The position numbers were made by a program, and so were the translations under genes. A DNA stretch of 64,000 nt from Cyanophora paradoxa CCMP329 (lineage: Eukaryota > Plantae > Glaucophyta): NCBI GenBank assembly GCA_004431415.1, contig QPMI01000104.1, positions 1 to 64,000 of the forward strand, read 5' to 3'. How positions within the stretch are numbered: the first letter of the stretch is position 1; each line of letters opens with the position of its first letter. The notes beneath the pieces were generated by a model, which worked only from the letters and a program-made list of their open reading frames with translations, did not search any database and was not told where the DNA came from. This document shows positions 42,333 to 55,585 of the stretch, one piece after another.

Positions 42333-43001
42333 TCAGCCTGCGCATGCGCCGCCGACCGCCACGGCCGCGGCTCTCTGCGAAAATGGAGCATCGATACCGG
42401 CCGCAGCCCTCGACGCGCCGCAGTTTCTGTACAATTGCAGGCGCGCCTTCCTCTCGCGCTCTTCGGCCGAGTCCCACGCCATCCAAGACGGGTCCGCGAG
42501 CCTTCGCCGGATCCGATCGGCCATCCAGCCGAGATCGCTGTCGGGTGAGGCGGCCTCGCGAAGCCGCTGGACGTAACCCTCCTCCGAGGCCCCCCGGCGA
42601 CGGTGCTCGTCGGTCAGCGCGTAGATCCCGTCTGGCTCGACCGCGGCGCGGCAGAGGGGGCACGTGGCGTGATGCACGCGTACGAGGCAGTGGAAATCCA
42701 TTACGTGTCCGCAGGAGAGGGCGACGGGCCGCAAGAGGCGGTCCAGACAGACGGGACACTCGTCCGGAACGCAGATTCCCGAGGAGGCTCGCGGAAACGA
42801 TTGCGAAAGCACCGCCACGCCACAAAGCAAAGCGTCGCAAACTGTTCGTGCTGACGACGTGCGCGAAAATCCCTCGCCGGGTCCCATCGAGCGGCTGCTC
42901 AACCGCCTCGTACCGCACGCTCGAATCCTCTTCGGCTCGACGGCGAGCCAGCAGCGGGCAGCGCCCCACTTGGGGTCGTACGGGACGAGCTCGAGCGTCA
43001 T
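42333..43001 (-). CDS. RING protein, second copy (apparent frameshifts upstream of the RING)
   Basis: Duplicate of 8592-9263. Confidence 0.75.
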   Translation of the reverse strand: MTLELVPYDPKWGAARCWLAVEPKRIRACGTRRLSSRSMGPGEGFSRTSSARTVCDALLCGVAVLSQSFPRASSGICVPDECPVCLDRLLRPVALSCGHVMDFHCLVRVHHATCPLCRAAVEPDGIYALTDEHRRRGASEEGYVQRLREAASPDSDLGWMADRIRRRLADPSWMAWDSAEERERKARLQLYRNCGASRAAAGIDAPFSQRAAAVAVGGACAG

Positions 43002-43041
43002 GGCCAGTGGGCACCTCGAATGCTCCCGCGTTCGCATCTAT

Positions 43042-43474
43042 TTATGCAATTTTCTCCAAGACGGCGCGCCCCTCAGCATCGCCGCTCTAGCTCGATCGTC
43101 CTCGCGCCGACACGTTGGGCACCGTTTGTAAAACCTGTCCTTAGTCGCCATCTGGAAGGACTGGAGGGGTAAAACGATTCGGCAGCGGCCGCAGTAGGCG
43201 ACGACGAGCCCGTCGGACCGCTTGCAGATGCGGCGCACGCGTCCGACGCGGGGATCGACGTCGCCGGCCGCGGGGCAGGGCCCCCGCGGTCACGCGCACG
43301 GCCCTCCTGCGCTCGCGCTCGTACCACGCTCGGCAGGCGCAGCAGAGTGCACTGCGGCGGACGAGAGGAGCGGCTCCGCCGCAGGCCCGGCAGGTCCGGG
43401 CGGGGCGGGGAGGGGCGAGGGACGCGATCCCGACGCGGGGCTCGGAGCTCGAGGAGGGCCATGGCCATGGTCAT
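43042..43474 (-). CDS. Zn-ribbon protein, second copy (apparent frameshifts)
   Basis: Duplicate of 9305-9745. Confidence 0.5.
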
Positions 43475-43584
43475 GGCCGTGGGGCCGTGCACGTGCCGGG
43501 AGGGGCCGGCACATATATAAGGAGACGGCCGGGGCGTGCCGTGAAGGTCCGGGCCCGGACGTCGACGGTACCCGGCCCTCGGAC

Positions 43585-46500
43585 ATGAGTGTCGAGACGG
43601 ACGCACGAATTCGTGCGATTCTTCCACCCTCGCCTGCTGCTGGAAAAGGCGAACGGGGCGCTGAAATCGGCGCACAATCGATATCGATATCGCAAACGAA
43701 GAGCATGGAGGTGTTGCCGGCGAACCACGATCGCGAGGCCGCGGCGGGGCCAAGGCGATCTCGACGGCCGATCGCGACGTCGATGTCGAGATGGCGGACG
43801 CGTGCGTCGCGGGCACGCGCATGCTCGAGCTCGCCGCACCAGAGGCCGCCGGCTCCGAGCGCGCCGAGCCGCCCTGGCCCTCTCCCCGCCGACAATCGAG
43901 GCCTTCGTCAAGCCCGTCGGAAACAATCCCCACAATCCGTACATTGGCCCAAAATTCGCCTTCCATTCCGCTCGTCGTCTGGAGGCAGATGATTTTCGCG
44001 CAAGTTCCTCAAGTCCACCTTCGACTACAAAGTGATCGCGGCGTCGGGTGGCCGCGAAACCGTCGTGTACAGCCGCGCCTATGTGGATGTAGACGCCGAC
44101 CTGAGCGAGGCGTGCGCTGGACGCGAGAAGCTTCTCAAATCGTCGAGCAGTGCGCACCGGATGGGCGACGGCGCGGCGCTCAAGTCCCTTAAGGAGCACT
44201 TTGACAAATGCCGCACGTACGCCGAGTACATCCGCGGTAGCGCCGCGCTGGAGCGTGTGGTCGAGTGCGCCGTCGAGATCGCAAAGACTTTCGTCCCGAC
44301 CGTAAGCCCTTCGTCGTCCTGGCTTCCGCGGGCCCATGTCTTTCACGACGACTTTGAGCATTTTTGCCTTCGTCTGGACAATCCGGAGGCGCGTCTCGCC
44401 TTCGCAACGAGATCTCGGCGCGGTTCTCGCGGGTTTTCAAGGTGCTCTCCGAGGAGAAGATCGCCTGCATCTCGCGTCATGTCGACGAGGGAGTTTGGAG
44501 CCGCGGCCAAGGCCTACGCCTTCCGGACGCGCGCAACCCAAAGAGCAACTCGTACTGTGCGATGATCTACCCACCGCTCGACCCCAACAAAGATTTCCTC
44601 GATGTTCCCATCCCTCGCGAGGCGCCCGACCTCGGGCGATCGAGGCGTTCTCGGGGCACCTCCGCCGCCTCACGACTTTATCGCGGCAAACTACGAGCAA
44701 ATCCCGCCCATCCCGAGCGTCGGCGAGTCTTCCCACGGCCAGCCACCGAGCTCGCTACCGGTGCCGTCGATTACAATCGCTGTAGCGACGTCGGCGGCGG
44801 CTCGTCGGAGTGCAAAGAGGCATTCGACGTCGCGTTTCGCGTCTGCGAAAAGCTCTTCCCGGACGGCCATCGGGCGCTTACGTTTACGAGCCGCAACGCC
44901 AAGACGTGCAACAGCGGCCGAACCATCAATTACTTCAACTTTGTGACCGTTCCGAATCCCTCAACGCGTTGCAGGGCGAGTGTCCGTACGGTCTCCACCA
45001 TAAGACCAACCGCGCCTCGTCACCGTTTGCGGAAACGGCATGCCTGGCGTGTTTCGGGCGAGCGTCCGTTGTATGAGCTCTCAGTGCGAGCTGAACCACG
45101 CGATCCACTTCACCACGACGGCATACGGGGGTCCGGGCGAAAAGATTGTGGAGCTCGAGAAGAATTTCTTCGAAACCCTCAACGCCATGCTCCACTCGTG
45201 CGTGTACGAGTCCGACCTTCCGCCGCTTCCCAAGCTCGCTCGGAGCCTCGACGCCGTCGGCGCAACGCCCGCCGAGGAACGCGACGTCATCCATCCGTAC
45301 TGGGAGGTGCTCGAGGCCAAGGTAAACCGCCTCGTCATTGCCGTCTACTACGGCTCGAAGGACGAGACGAACCACATGGCCTGCGTCAGCCTTCTCGACG
45401 GGAAAGTCTGGGTAAAGTGCCGCTACAAGAGCTTGAACGGTCAAGATCAGACGGAGACGTGCAACGCGTCCCTCTCTCGCGTGGACGCGGCCGCGTTGCG
45501 GGCCGCGTTTACAAAGTTCGACGACGCACTTTATCTCCGTCGCCAAGTCGGGTCAGGTCCGGCCCGCTTCATGGCCGGAGCGTGTGGCATGGAGCTCAAG
45601 CGGAGCATTTCTTTCAAAACCCGGTCAAAGACCAGTTGATGGCCGTCTCGGAGGCCATTCGAACCAACGTTCTGGAGCCAATGCTCAGTCACTCGGCCGA
45701 CGCGCGTCCCGACCTCTCCTTCGCGTCGCCCGCAGTGGCGCCCGCCTCGCCAGGATCTTTCGCCACCCGATCGACCAGCCCCTCATCCCGGAGGCGACGA
45801 GACCGCGGCATCTACACCCGTCGTGCAATTACAAGGTCATCATGATCGACGATCTTCCCCACCTCGGCGACGGCGTGATGGTGACCCGGCTGCGCTCCTC
45901 AACGGACCCAAGGTGGCCCTTCCCACACCATCGCGATTGCAGCCGGATGCGGCGCGCAGAAGACGCGCGCCGTGCTCGCCGACAACCCGAACGGACTTCT
46001 CAACTATCTCGAATCGCAACTCTTATCGAAGGCCACGGCCTCCGAGCCCACGGCTCGCTACGCTACGTACATCGCAAACGGACGCGCGCAAGGCGAGGTT
46101 GACGAGAACAGCCCCTTCACGCGCAGCGCTTCCGAGGTTACCGGGACGGTGCCGGAAATGCCAAGGAGAAGAGCAGACGGGACAAGAAAAAGCGATTGAT
46201 GCACGATCGCATCGTCGTGTGCGCGGAGAGCTTTCACAAGGCTGAAAACGTCAAGAACATCGACTCGCGGCGCGGGATTCTCATTGCGGACGAGCTTAAC
46301 TGCTTGCTCGGTCGCTTTTCGAGCTCCGAGACGTTCAACGGCATCCGGAAGAAATCGTGGAAGAGACTCCTCCGTGCGATGCGACGGAGCAAGTCGGTGA
46401 TCGCGATGTGCCAGGATTTGCAGCCTTGGCACCTCGAAGTTCTCGCGTCCAGGTACCGCCCGGCGAGACGATGGTCGTCTTCCAACTCTCGAGCCCGAGT

Positions 46501-49500
46501 CCCTCGCTCGCTACCGCGAAGAGGTCCACGTTGTCGTGCCCATCGCCTGGAGCCCCTTCTTCTCCGCGGCATGCCTTCCGAAACCGGCTACAAAGAGCGC
46601 AAAGGGACGACCAGTGATACGAACGTCAAACCTGCACGCCGACAAGCAGCACATGTTCCGGAACTTCGCCGTTATGGCCGCGTTGAACCCGCAGTTTACC
46701 GAAAAGCGGGTCCTTTTGGGCTTCGCCGACTGCCCCGCCGAGCGGCGACGCGACCTGAACGACGCCGAGAAATGGAATACGAAGGATGTGATCATGGCCA
46801 ACTACGTCGTTCAAGTCGGCTTCGACGGGCACGTGTTCCGGCCCAAGTTCAGGCTCATGACGGACGCTGGGCGGACTGGAGGACGGATCGCGAGGTCCAG
46901 GCAAACAACCGCGTGCGGCATCTGGAAGAGCTTCCTTCGGCGAACCACGTACGTCTCAACATGTACTGCCAGCGTTTCTCGGACGCGGACAAGGAGGCCA
47001 CCCTTCCCGTGGACCCGGACGCCATCTTTTCGTCCGCCTGGCGGGACGCCTGGCCGAGTTGGAAAAGGGTCGCTCCGACCTTCTTCAGCGCGAGCGCAAC
47101 GAGGACGACGAGTCTTTCGAGCGGCGATGGCGCGAATATGTTGAGGAGGAGCGCCTGCTCGCCATGGTGTACGCAAACGTGACCGCCGAGCGGAATGCGC
47201 ATCACACCTGGCCCGATCGGATGCTCGTGGAGAAGTTGATGTGCCATCTCGGCGCGCAGCGCGTCTACATCGCGAACCACGGGACCTCCTCGAACGGGTG
47301 TCGTTGGATGCGAAAGAATTCAAATCCTTGGTGGCCGAGGTGGGACGGACCGGGACGCCGTCTACAAATCTCAAGAGTACGCCCGAATTTGTTGGCTACC
47401 ACCCCGGCATCTCCTTCGACTGCCGCTTCCACGGGGATTTTGTGCGTTTCGTCTCCAAGTCCGGCGACGATCGAAATGGGAGCGGTAATTCTCTCGGCGA
47501 AGAGTTCGGCATATCGCAGGATGATGCGACGAGGAGTACGAGTCGGCCATCCAGGCGGTTTTAAACAAGGCTCAGGTCTCGATGACGCTTGGGCAGCCGC
47601 TCTACGCGACAACTCCGGAGGACTTTATGGCCAGCAAGACAATCGAGTCGATGCGTAGGCGCGCGCGCCTCGGCATCTACCTCACCCAGGTCGACGAGCC
47701 CACGTACGCGGCGCGCGAGGCCAAGTGCGACATCGATAATGTCGCTTCGAACTCGTCCGGGTCCGCCTGCAATCCCTTCACGAGGGTGAAGAAGAGCACG
47801 GAGATGATCTTGGCGACGCTCGGCGTCCCGAGTTGCACCCGCTCCATCCGCTCCACCCCTTCATTTTCACCTGCCGACCATCGCCTTCGGTTCGATCGAC
47901 GACGTCAAGGCGGCGGACTCGCCCGCCTCGCCGCGAGCCCGCCCTCGTCGACCTAAAGATCGTCGAAGGCCCTCTTCTGGCGAGGGCGCTCGCCCTTCGC
48001 GGCGACACGGGAGCCTCGGACGGCGCGATCAAAGCCGTTGTCGAGGAGTTCGAGGCCTCTCTCGCCAGCGGCTCTAAAAGGCTCCCTCCGAGCGCCGCCC
48101 CGAGGAGGAGGCCCTCGAAGATGCCGAATCTGAAGCGATCAAGATGGCGGCTTCCGACACCGACGAAGACGGTGGAAAAGGGTCCGAAGGCGAAGAGAGG
48201 CCGTCGAAAAAGGCTCGGACCGCAGAGGACCGCGCCACTCTCTCTCGGCGCCTGGATTCCTGCCTGTACCGTGTGTACCGGAGCGCCGTCGCCTACGCGA
48301 TCGAATCACTCGGCGGAAAACTCGTAAAGGTGGCGAGCCCGTGTATCGCGCGGGCAAGGCCCCCGACGGCTCCCCTGTCGAGTTTCGCATCAACCGCCCG
48401 GAAACGTGGCCGACGCCGCCCGCCTCGCCGTCGCCCTGAAGCCCAGACTCGCAACGGCAGCCCCGACGCGAGCGAGCAGTACGAGTCCGACGTGCGCGCG
48501 TACCTCTCGGCCAATTCGGCCGTTGCGGCGGCCTTGCGATGCATGAGGGGCGGCGGAAAAGTCCCCGACCTTCATCCTTCCGCCCTCGTCCCACAGCAGC
48601 TGCGCCAGATCGCGCACCCTCTCTGGGCACCCGATACGGAAGACGATATCAAAGATCTCCTCTACTGGACGGCCATTCCGGGCCGGCCGAGGGCAGCGAA
48701 TACGTGCCCCAGTACGCCGCCCTCGACTACTCGACGGCCGAGGGCGCCCGTCGGTTCCTGGAGTGCGTGTCCAAGTCCAAACTGGCGGCCGCTCTCACCA
48801 TTCCGGAGGACTTTCTCCGTCGGATCGGCGCGCCGTTGGACACGCCGTCGATCGCCGAGATCGCGGGCCGCGGTTTGCAGGGAGATCCGCGCTACACGCC
48901 GACGGGCATCGACCGGCGCGAGGAGCACCACATCGCCTGCGTCGTTTCAATGATGCGCGCGGTCGAGGCGTGCATCGCCGGCCCGATCGCAAGAACGGCG
49001 GTTTCTGGGAGATGATGGAGCAAGAAGTCGAAATCCGGCCCTCTGCGGGCCCGAGACGGGCTGCGCGCGCGGAGAGCACGCCGAGGCATGCAAGGTCGAG
49101 CACGTGCGGGTCGGCGGCGCGTGGGTGAGCTTTTCCGCGATGGCCGACGCGAACAAGCACATCGTCCTCGCCGACGGGCGCGCCCTCGGCAAGGACCACA
49201 GCCCGCTGGCGACGGAACTCTTGGACGCGCTCGAGGAGGGACTCGGGCCGCGGGCCCTCGCGTCCTCCGCTCCAACACGTACAAGGGATCCCAGCAGCGC
49301 GTAAAAATCGACGGAAAGGAGAAGCGCCTTCACGGGCACTTTTTCCCGAGTATTTACCTGGAGATCGACTGGTTGGCGGGGCCTCGATGGCCCCGCCCGC
49401 CGCCCGCGCCGGCACCGGCGCCGGCTCCCATCCCCGAATTCGAAGCGGTCACCGCGCCCCCGCTCCGGATTGCATTCCCGCCCCGGAACCGAAGCCGACG

Positions 49501-49514
49501 CGATGCAGATCTAG
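43585..49514 (+). pseudogene. Primase-UL9 helicase, second copy, fragmented by dozens of 1-bp deletions (probably sequencing error rather than true decay)
   Basis: Duplicate of 9859-15831, 43 bp shorter. Deletions fall mostly in G/C runs, with essentially no substitutions seen. Confidence 0.8.
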
Positions 49515-49765
49515 TTATAGATAGTTCATTATTTGATATCGATGGTTTTAGCGAATTTTGAAGTGCACGCGCGAAAGGAGACTTGTCACGGAGGGCTCGT
49601 GGTTTGCCTCAGCTACCGCGCATGCGAATTCGAAGCCTCCACGGGCCGCATCGCGGCCGCGCGCGCGTGTGCACTGTGATCACGGGAAGCCCTACGGTAC
49701 TACGGCACACGTAGTTATACACGGAGTACTCGTCTAGAAATAGAAGGATTAAAATAAAATAAAGT

Positions 49766-51110
49766 CGGAAGCGCCGCCGCTCCGTGACGGCCGAGGGGGT
49801 ACGGGCGGCGCCGCGTCCGGCCCGCACTAGACGGAATCGACGCCGCTCCGTGACGGCCGAGGGGGTACGCGCGGCGCCGCGGCCGCCCCGCCCTAGACGG
49901 AGGCGCCGCCGCTCCGTGACGGCCGAGAGGGGTACGCGCGGCGCCGCGGCCGCCCCGCCCTAGACGAACACGCCGCGGCTCCATGACGGCCGAGGGGGGT
50001 ACGGGCGGCGCCGCAGCCGCCCCGCCCTAGACGAACACGCCGCGGCTCCGTGACGGCCGAGGGGGTACGGGCGGCGCGCGGCCGCCCCGCCCTAGACGAA
50101 CGCGCCGCGGCTCCGTGACGGCCGAGGGGGTACGGGCGGCGCCGCGGCCGCCCGCCCTAGACGGAGGCGCCGCCGCTCCGTGACGGCCGAGGGGGTACGG
50201 GCGGCGCCGCGGCCGCCCCGCCCTAGACGGAGGCGCCGCGGCTCCGTGACGGCCGAGGGGGTACGGGTGGCGGAGGGCGGCGGTGGGCTCCGTCCTCTTT
50301 CCTTCGTACCCTCGAGCTCGGTGGGCTCCTCCATCTGCGCGGCGGGGATGAGAGTTGTACTCGTCATCTATTTGGCTTTATATATATATATATATATATC
50401 TTAGTGGCAACTTGAGGGGTTTGGGTAACACGAGGAGCTTACCGCGCCGCCGGGGGTACGAAGGAAAGAGATGCGGGCCTACCCCGCCGCCCGTCACGGA
50501 GCCGAGTCAGTTCCCTCTAGGGCGGCGCGGGCGTTGGGCGAGGGCGTACCGCGCTGCGGGGGTACGAAGGAAAGAGACACAGGCCTACCCCCCGCCCGTC
50601 ACGGAGCCGAGTCAGTTCCCTCTGGGCGGCGCCGGAGTCGGGCGAGGGGCGTACTGCGCCGCGGGGGTACGAAGGAAGGAGATGCTGGTGGAGGGAGAGC
50701 CCTAGACGGAGGCGCCGCCGCTCCGTGACGGCCGAGGGGGTACGGGCGGCGCCGCGGCCGCCCCGCCCTAGACGGAGGCGCCGCCGCTCCGTGACGGCCG
50801 AGGGGGTACGGGTGGCGGAGGGCGGCGGTGGGCTCCGTCCTCTCTCCTTCGTACCCTCGAGCTCGGTGGGCTCCTCCATCTGCGCGGGCGGGGATGAGAG
50901 TTGTACTCGTCATCTCGCGATCGTGACAACCACAAGGTATTGAGGCGACATGAAGAAGCTTACCGTTCCTCGGGGTACAAAGGAACGAGACACGGGCCTA
51001 CCCCGCCGCGCACTGTCACGGACCCGCGTCAGTTTTCTCTAGGGCGGCGCATGCGTTGGGCGAGGAGCTCACCTCCTGCGCGGGGTACGGTACGCACGGG
51101 GTACGAATCG
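49766..51110 (+). repeat. hr2, second copy
   Basis: Duplicate of 16086-17450. Confidence 0.92.
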
Positions 51111-52087
51111 CAGCCGCCGCCGATGTGCCCCGGAGGGATGATCCTTTGGTCGTGCGAGGGCGCCGTCTGCGATGCCTGCGGGGCGCGCGGTGAAGCGGCG
51201 ATCGACGCCGGATCGCCATCGAAGCGCGGGCAACGGGACGAACCTCGGCGCGGCTCAAAGATGTTCTGCGCACCGCGGCCGACGCGACGGCGCTCTCCGA
51301 GAACGCGCTGGACGATGCGCGCCGCCTGCTGGCCGACCGCAAGCTCTGGAGCGGGCGCTCGTGCGAGATGGCCGCGCGCGGTCGCCGTCGACGCGTACGT
51401 CGCCCTTGGGTGCCCGCGGTAGGCTGGCATCACGACCTGCGAGGGCGACGCGGCAAGCTCGTGAGGTTTGTGCGGCGATCCAGCGCGGACGGGCGGTGCT
51501 CACGTACCGCGGCCGGCGGACTATGTTGAGTCGATCAGAGAGCGGGCGGGTGCCAAAGGCGGAGGGCGGCGGGCTCAGGAGAGGCACGAGAGCTCGGGAA
51601 GGAGCCCCGCCGTCGTCGCCGCCGCCGCGGTCGCCGCGGGGCCGACATCCCTTTCGGCATCGCCGCGGGCGCGGCCGGCGTCTCGCCTCGGGCCATGAAT
51701 GCGCGAAACAGCTCGAACGTGGCGCACGAGGAACACCCGCGCACTCGAGGGTGCACGTTCCGCCGCTTCGAGCCCTCGTACTTGGGCGCCGAGGCGATTG
51801 AGCGGAAAGGACAGCCTTCGACGCCCTAAGGGAATGCGCTTTGGTTGATTTCGAGGCACAGAGCGCCTCGGATCGCCGCACGAAGCGCGTTCGGGGGTAC
51901 CCCGGTACGCGTCCTACTTTAGCGCGCCGTGCTTGCACACCGAGGAGCCCACGGTCCCTCCCGCGAGGCGAGCAAACGCGGATCAGGTGCTCGAGTTGAT
52001 CGCGAGGTACGTGCAGCATCAGATCGCTCTACCATGCGTGCGAGCCCGTGGACGGGCCGAGCTCGATCCCCGGCCTAGCTGACGCCC

Positions 52088-52473
52088 CTACGGTCTGCCC
52101 CTCGCAGGAGAGCCCTCGCTTTCGCTATCCGAGAGATCCGGGTTGACGTGCACCGCGATCGGCGCGCCCGGCGCCGAGTACTCGGTCGCCAGCTTGCGCA
52201 TCGCCTCGAGGCGCTTCGCCTGGCCGCCCGACTTGCCCTTGAGCGTCGTCTCGAAGCCTTGCGCGACGCTGCGGTTGGAAAAGGGCGCCGCAACTGCCAC
52301 GAGGCGCCAGGGCCCTTTGCCTTTGGTGTACGATCCGCGGATCGTGCCGCGCGTGTGCTCCTTGTACCGCCGCGTCAGGTTCGCCGTCTCGCCGGTGTAC
52401 CACGTGCGGCCGTTGTGCAGGAGGTACGCCACGTGCTGTCCCTCGAAGCTCGCGTGGAACGGCCGCGCCTTAC

Positions 52474-52507
<34 letters not shown>

Positions 52508-52605
52508 AGGTCCCTTGGTCGCCTCGTCTTCGGGTCCGAGTTTGCGGCCGCGCCCGCCGCGATGTGGGCGTCCTCTTTGGCCTTGGTAGGTGCCTCGGAA
52601 TCCAT
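52088..52605 (-). CDS. GIY-YIG endonuclease, second copy
   Basis: Duplicate of 18432-18950; catalytic part intact. Confidence 0.85.
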
Positions 52606-52884
52606 CGCTACCGAGCCCGCGCCCCGGTCCTCTTTACACGTCTGATCCCGTGCCGCAGGCGGCTCGGCCGGAGGTAGCGCGCGCCTCGCCCGCTTCGAGA
52701 AGCTCGCGGCGGGCGGCAGCACGAGGGCACGGGTCTGAGCGCCCCGGCGGGCGGCGGCGGCGGGTACGATGAAAGCGGCGCCGGCGTGGGGGGCGCCGGT
52801 CTTCGTCCATCCACACCCCGCGGGGACGAGTCGCGGCTTCTCTTTATGGGGATAGAGGGATGCGGGCCGCATCGCCCCAAGGTA

Positions 52885-54040
52885 AGCCCCTCGCCCGACG
52901 CCGGCGCCGCCATAGAGGGAACTGACTCGGCTCCGTGACGGGCGGCGGGGATAGGTGCACCTCGTTCCTTCGTACCCCCCGCGGCACGGTACGCCCCTCG
53001 CCCGTCGCCGGCGCCGCCCTAGAGGGAACTGACTCGGCTCCGTGACGGGCGGCGGGGGTAGGCCCTCATCTCTTTCCTTCGTACCCCCGGCGGCGCGGTG
53101 AGCCCCTCGCCCGACGCCGGCGCCGCCCTAGAGGGAACTGACTCGGCTCCGTGACGGGCGGCGGGGGTAGGCCCTCATCTCTTTCCTTCGTACCCCCGCG
53201 GCGCGGTGAGCCCCTCGCCCGACTCCGGCGCCGCGCTAGAGGGAACTGACTCGGCTCCGTGACGGGCGGCAGGGATAGGCCCTCATCTCTTTCCTTCGTA
53301 CCCCGGCGGCGCGGTGAGCCCCTCGCCCGACTCCGGCGCCGCGCTAGAGGGAACTGACTCGGCTCCGTGACGGGCGGCAGGGGTAGGCTCGCGTCTCTTT
53401 CCTTCGTACCCCGGCGGCGCGGTAAGCCCCTCGTGCTGCCCAAATCCCCTGAAGTTGTCACTAAGATATATATATAAAGCCAATTAGATGACGAGTACAA
53501 CTCTCATCCCCGCCCGCGCAGATGGAGGAGCCCACCGAGCTAGAGGGGTACGAAGGAAAGAGGACAGAGCCCACCGCCGCCCTCCGCCACCCGTACCCCC
53601 TCCGCCGTCACGGAGCCGCGGCGCGTTCGTCTAGGGCGGGGCGGCCGCGGCGCCGCCCGTACCCCCCTCGGCCGTCACGGAGCCGCGGCGTGTTCGTCTA
53701 GGGCGGGGCGGCCGCGGCGCCGCCCGTACCCCCCTCGGCCGTCACGGAGCCGCGGCGCGTTCGTCTAGGGCGGGGCGGCCGCGGCGCCGCCCGTACCCCC
53801 TCGGCCGTCACGGAGCCGCGGCGTGTTCGTCTAGGGCGGGGCGGCTGCGGCGCCGCCCGTACCCCCCTCGGCCGTCATGGAGCCGCGGCGTGTTCGTCTA
53901 GGGCGGGGCGGCCGCGGCGCTGCCCGTACCCCCTCGGCCGTCATGGAGCCGCGGCGTGTTCGTCTAGGGCGGGCGGCCGCGGCGCTGCCTGTACCCCCTC
54001 GGCCGTCACGGAGCGGCGGCGATTCCGTCTAGGGCGGGCG
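52885..54040 (-). repeat. hr3, second copy
   Basis: Duplicate of 19230-20400. Confidence 0.92.
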
Positions 54041-54357
54041 GCAGGGGTACGCCTCTCGCGGCGCGCGTCTTCCTCACCTGCTTCGATGAGACCTGCCCGC
54101 ACATTGTAAGCGCGCCTTCGCGGCCACCTTTCAGTCACTTACACTCGCTTTACATGCAGCGGAAGCGGGGTACACTCGCTTCGAGTGCAACGGCGGGCGC
54201 GGGGGACTTTCGCGCGCGCGGCGGCGCCATAGAAACCCGGTTCGGGCGGTGCGTGCCCCCGCACGACGCCACCCGGATCCGCGCTCACCCCCACTCGTGC
54301 AGTCGGCCCCTCCGCCGGGCGCGCGGTCTCGGTTTCCAATCAACACACGCCTCCTAT

Positions 54358-54575
54358 CTAAAAATCGAGCGGGACCATCTGTACGCCCCAGCGCCCGTCC
54401 AAAGTCGCTTTGTAGCTTATTTTAAAGTCCGCGAACAGGTCTCTGGTGTTGGCCTCGAGAAGGTGGATCGCGTGCAAGAAAAAGGCGGGTCGGGGACGGC
54501 GACGAGGATCGGAGCTTGCCGGGGGAGCTCGCGGGCGAGGCGGTGGGCGAGCGTCCGGGCCGTCTCCTGCGACAT
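54358..54575 (-). CDS. Family A 72-aa protein, second copy (one apparent deletion)
   Basis: Duplicate of 20719-20937. Confidence 0.5.
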
Positions 54576-54788
54576 GGGAGCGGATGCGTGCACGTGACCG
54601 GCGCTGGGGTACCGCCCTTTTATCGGGCAGAGGGCGCGGGGCGCCGCTCGAGTCCCGGAGTCCCGCCCGCACGGCTCGCGCGGCGGGCACGGAAGGCGCG
54701 CGCGGGACGCGCACGCGTCGTATTTCCGCCGCCCTATGGGTCGCCGAGAGCCGCTCACGTCACGAAGTCTGCTGCGGCGGCCTTTGAA

Positions 54789-55455
54789 GGCCGTCACGGA
54801 GCGGCGGCGCGTTCGTCTAGGGCGGGGCGGCCGTGGCGCCGTCCGTACCCCCCTCGGCCGTCACGGAGCGGCGGCGATTCTCCCTAGGACGCGGCCGGTC
54901 CTCTCCCTCCACCAGCATCTCTTTCCTTCGTACCCCCGCGGCGCGGTACACGCCCCTCGCCCGACGCCGGCGCCCCCTAGAGGGAACTGACTCGGCTCCG
55001 TGACGGGCGGCAGGGGTAGGCCCGCATCGCTTTCCTTCGTACCCCCGGCGGCGCGGTAAGCTCTTCGCCCGCCGCCGGCGCCGCGCTAGAGGGAACTGAC
55101 TCGGCTCCGTGACGGGCGGCGGGGTAGGCCCGTGTCTGTTTCCTTCGTACCCCCGGCGGCGCGGTGAGCTCTTCGCCCCCGCCGGCGCCGCGCTAGAGGG
55201 AACTGACTCGGCTCCGTGACGGGCGGCGGGGGTAGGCCCGTGTCTCTTTCCTTCGTACCCCCGCGGCGCGGTACGCCCTCGCCCGACGCCGGCGCCGCCC
55301 TAGAGGGAACTGACTCGGCTCCGTGACGGGCGGCGGGGGTAGGCCCGCATCGCTTTCCTTCGTACCCCGGCGGCGCGAGGTAAGTCCCTCGCCCGCCGCC
55401 GGCGCCGCCCTAGAGGGAACTGACTTGGCTCCGTGACGGGCGGCGGGGGTAGGCG
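54789..55455 (-). repeat. hr4, second copy
   Basis: Duplicate of 21151-21825. Confidence 0.92.
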
Positions 55456-55585
55456 CACCTCTCCTGCGTTTGCTCCCCGCCTCGGGCCTCCGCCTTGTCC
55501 GCCGGCCCGCTGCGATTCGTAAAGGAGAGCGTCCCGCGGCCCGCGGGGCCACTCGTGGACGAGCGGCGATCGCGTCCGGGCCTGC

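Noticed and set aside
43585-49514. Genuine pseudogenisation or programmed frameshifting of copy 2
   Set aside because: Differences are nearly all single-base losses in homopolymers without substitutions, the signature of unpolished long-read consensus.
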